A stretch of DNA of 64,000 nucleotides from an uncultured Planctomycetaceae bacterium (GTDB taxonomy: Bacteria; Planctomycetota; Planctomycetia; Isosphaerales; Isosphaeraceae): NCBI GenBank assembly GCA_963833985.1, contig CAWIAD010000002.1:6240001-6304000 (forward strand). Direction: 5' to 3'. The position numbers and the translations under genes were made by a program. Position 1 is the stretch's first letter. Each line of letters starts with the position of its first letter. Below, in pieces: positions 61,274-64,000 of the stretch. The notes beneath the pieces are model-generated. The model ran no database searches. It had not been told where the DNA came from and was given only the letters and a program-made list of their open reading frames with translations.

Positions 61274-64000
61274 ATGTTCAGGAATAGAAATCAAAGGTCG
61301 GCTGCAATCAGTCGACGATTCCGGCGCGGAGCGATGCTCGCCCTCCTGGCGGTGGGGTCGCAAGCGGGCTGCACCCGCGAGTTTTTCCGCGACTGGGCAA
61401 ACCAGGACGCCGCGGAAGCCGTCTTCGAGAAGAGCCGAGACCCGCGCTGGCGGCTCGATGCGTTCTCGATTGAACCTCCCGCGATGTCTCGGTTTGCATC
61501 GCCCTATGATCCCGAGTTCCCGCCCGCGCCTCCCGACGACCCCACGGCCGAAGCGCTCTCGCCGGTGCCCCAGTGGCCCGACAACCGGCTGATCGTGCCG
61601 GCCGAAGGAACTGGCTACATCGACATGATGGAAGGGTGGATGCAGGAGCGCGACGCGGCCCGCGCCCGGGGTGAGATCAAGTCGCTCATCTACGCCGAGC
61701 CGGGCAAGGGCGGCCGGCGCGGCACGCCACAGCCTTTCAAGCCCGCGCCCGTGGACCAGCCGATGCAATCGTCCGGGCCTGTGCAGCCGCCGGTCACTCC
61801 CTCGCCATTCGCACCCGGCGGAATGGCTCCCGGAAACACGCCCGCCGGCGTGGGGAGCGGCACCGCGGCACCCCGGCCGAGCCCGTTGTCGGTACCGGTC
61901 ACTCCCCCGCCAGGCGGAGCCGTAACTCCTGGTGGGTCCGCACCGGCCAGTCCCGGTTCGGCGGGCCCCCAGGCCTCGAGTACGGCAAGGAATCGCAGCC
62001 TGAATTCCGGGACAGGTGCCCGGGGATCGTCGCCAATACTCTTAGCCAGTGCGTCCTCCGGGGAAAAGAAGAAAAGCATCCCTCCTCCGCGTCCGGCTGC
62101 CAGCTTTGACCTGGCGGCGAGCGGCCGCGGCCGGGGAAACAGGGACGCCTCGGTCCAGCGGGCCGCAGGGCAAGCGGTCCCTCCCCAAGGTTCAACGTCG
62201 CCGGTCCCTGCTGTCGAGGGCGCACAGCGGCCCCAGGTTCAGCCCAATAGCGAGGGGCTGACCCCCCGGCCCTTCATTCCCCTGGATTCCAAGACGCACG
62301 AAGAACAGATGTCCGAAGAGACGCGCCGTGAAGTGAACCGAATCATCCCAGGCGGACCGGCCTCGGCCGGCAGCCTGACCCAGGAGCAAGCCGCGGAGCT
62401 CTCCGGCGTGCTCATTCCCCGCATTCCCAGGTTCAATGTCGCGGCTGCGGCCGGCTTGCCGCGCAACGCCAATCCCTACGTGCTGACCTTGCAGCAGGCC
62501 TTCACCCTGGCCCTCATCAACGCCCGTGTCTACCAGTTGCAGCTGGAGACCCTGTACAACTCCGCGCTGGCCGTCGCCTTGCAGCGGTTCGCCTTCGAGC
62601 CGCAGTTCTACGCGGGCATGTCGCCCACGACAGCGCCCATAGGCAGGGGCTTCCCGGGCGTCAGCCCGATCAACCAGTGGCTTTACCAGACGCGTACGGC
62701 GCCCGGCGGCCAGATCTCCACGCTCACCATGGGCGAGGTCGCGGGCTTCGGCAAGCTTTTCAACTCGGGCGGCCAGCTGCTCGCCGGCTTCGCCAATCAG
62801 CTCGTCTTCAACTTCGTGGGCAAGAACCCGATCCAGCCCACGGTGCAGTCGTCCCTCCCCTTGACCTTCATGCAGCCGTTCCTGCGGGGCGGCGGGCGGG
62901 CGGTCACCCTGGAAAACCTCACCCAGGCGGAGCGGTCGTTGCTCTACCAGGTGCGCACCTTCGCCAAGTTCCGCCAGGAGTTCATCGTCGACATGCTCAC
63001 GGGAGGCACCATCTCCCAGCCTGGCGTCGGGTTCGCCCTCCAGGGCTTCTCGACGGCCGGCAATACAGACCCGACCCTTGGCTTCATCCCCACCGCTCAG
63101 AACTTCGCCCAGGTGCTCATCGACCTCAAGAACGTGGCTTACTTCGAGCAGCTCGCCTCGCTCTACGAGCAGCTCATCGAGGGCGAGTCGTCAGGCCTGT
63201 CGCAGCTCCAGGTCGACCAGGTGCGGTCGAACGTGGTGACCGCCAGGGCCTCACTGATCAATGACATCCTCACTCTGAGAAACTCGAATGACTCGTTCAA
63301 GCAACAGCTCGGCCTCCCGCCCGACACTCCGGTCGTGCCGGACCTGAGCCTGTACCAGCCCTATCTCGACGTCTTCGCCCAGATCGATGAGTGGCAGCGC
63401 AGTCCGAAACGGAAACTGGAAGACGTTCCCAAGCTGGTCGAGAGCATTCCCCAGTTGCAGGACATCGTCCTGGACGGACATTCGATCATAGGGATGTACA
63501 GGAACAGTACAACTTACGATAATGAGGAAGACCTCGAGGCCACGCTGCAAGCCGCAGTGCGAATCGCGCTGGAATACCGGCTTGACCTGATGAACACACG
63601 GGCCCAGCTTTACGACGCCTGGCGCAAGATCCGGGTGGCCGCCAATGCTCTGAAAGGTATTCTCAACGTCACCCTGACCAACCAGGTCTTCACTCCGCCC
63701 ACAACCACCAACCCGTTTGGCTTCTTCAGTCAGGCCAAGCAGTTCAGCCTCGTGCTCAACGCCGAATTGCCCCTGATCCGGGTGACCGAGCGGAACGCGT
63801 TCCGGCAGGCGATCATCGCCTACGAGCAAGAGCGGCGAGCGCTCATGAGCCAGGAAGACTTCATCAAGAACCAGTTACGCAGCGATATTCGCAGCATGCA
63901 GGTGACTTACATCCAGTACGAGATCACCAAGCGAAACCTGATCTTGAACATCCGGCTGAAGGACCAGGCGTTCGAGCAGATCATCGCCCCGCCCCAGGCG
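61274..64000 (+). CDS. Planctomycete-type TolC-family outer-membrane lipoprotein (3' end outside window)
   Basis: Translated by hand at both ends (not in ORF track): lipobox SQAGC, SRFASPYDP..PPDD, YQLQLETLY..L..QRF.F.PQF, QPFLRGGGRAV.LENLTQAERSLLY, RLDLMN, ERNAFR. The 5' and 3' ends are in the same frame. Confidence 0.82.
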   Translation, partial: MFRNRNQRSAAISRRFRRGAMLALLAVGSQAGCTREFFRDWANQDAAEAVFEKSRDPRWRLDAFSIEPPAMSRFASPYDPEFPPAPPDDPTAEALSPVPQWPDNRLIVPAEGTGYIDMMEGWMQERDAARARGEIKSLIYAEPGKGGRRGTPQPFKPAPVDQPMQSSGPVQPPVTPSPFAPGGMAPGNTPAGVGSGTAAPRPSPLSVPVTPPPGGAVTPGGSAPASPGSAGPQASSTARNRSLNSGTGARGSSPILLASASSGEKKKSIPPPRPAASFDLAASGRGRGNRDASVQRAAGQAVPPQGSTSPVPAVEGAQRPQVQPNSEGLTPRPFIPLDSKTHEEQMSEETRREVNRIIPGGPASAGSLTQEQAAELSGVLIPRIPRFNVAAAAGLPRNANPYVLTLQQAFTLALINARVYQLQLETLYNSALAVALQRFAFEPQFYAGMSPTTAPIGRGFPGVSPINQWLYQTRTAPGGQISTLTMGEVAGFGKLFNSGGQLLAGFANQLVFNFVGKNPIQPTVQSSLPLTFMQPFLRGGGRAVTLENLTQAERSLLYQVRTFAKFRQEFIVDMLTGGTISQPGVGFALQGFSTAGNTDPTLGFIPTAQNFAQVLIDLKNVAYFEQLASLYEQLIEGESSGLSQLQVDQVRSNVVTARASLINDILTLRNSNDSFKQQLGLPPDTPVVPDLSLYQPYLDVFAQIDEWQRSPKRKLEDVPKLVESIPQLQDIVLDGHSIIGMYRNSTTYDNEEDLEATLQAAVRIALEYRLDLMNTRAQLYDAWRKIRVAANALKGILNVTLTNQVFTPPTTTNPFGFFSQAKQFSLVLNAELPLIRVTERNAFRQAIIAYEQERRALMSQEDFIKNQLRSDIRSMQVTYIQYEITKRNLILNIRLKDQAFEQIIAPPQA

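Noticed and set aside
1..64000. tRNA or rRNA genes
   Set aside because: No cloverleaf or rRNA signature recognised by eye; tRNAscan-SE and cmscan would be needed to exclude them.

Overview
GC-rich bacterial chromosomal segment, most consistent with a Planctomycetota (Isosphaeraceae-like) genome. That placement is inferred from a LEPR-xLL-type extracellular protein, planctomycete-type TolC and redoxin/cytochrome proteins, and a Uma2 gene. The housekeeping backbone is infB-rbfA-Nth-like at the start, cdd and sulfite reductase, a TPR gene with an RluD-like synthase, and tmk-holB. Accessory blocks include two ECF sigma loci, HEAT-repeat paralogues, secreted hydrolases, two GT-C glycosyltransferases and a hybrid histidine kinase. 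An IS3 element with intact inverted repeats and a 4-bp target duplication carries a nested ISAzo13 and splits a coiled-coil gene. Three different palindromic repeat types occur in intergenic gaps. The best candidates for novel systems are (i) a Y-family polymerase next to a minimal SRAP/HMCES-like Cys2 protein lacking the usual His and (ii) a HEPN gene overlapping a BolA-like gene where an MNT partner would be expected. Many single-base frameshifts, including in infB, rbfA and holB, indicate an error-prone long-read consensus, so apparent splits and fusions need read-level checks. All family calls are by eye from motifs; no searches were run.
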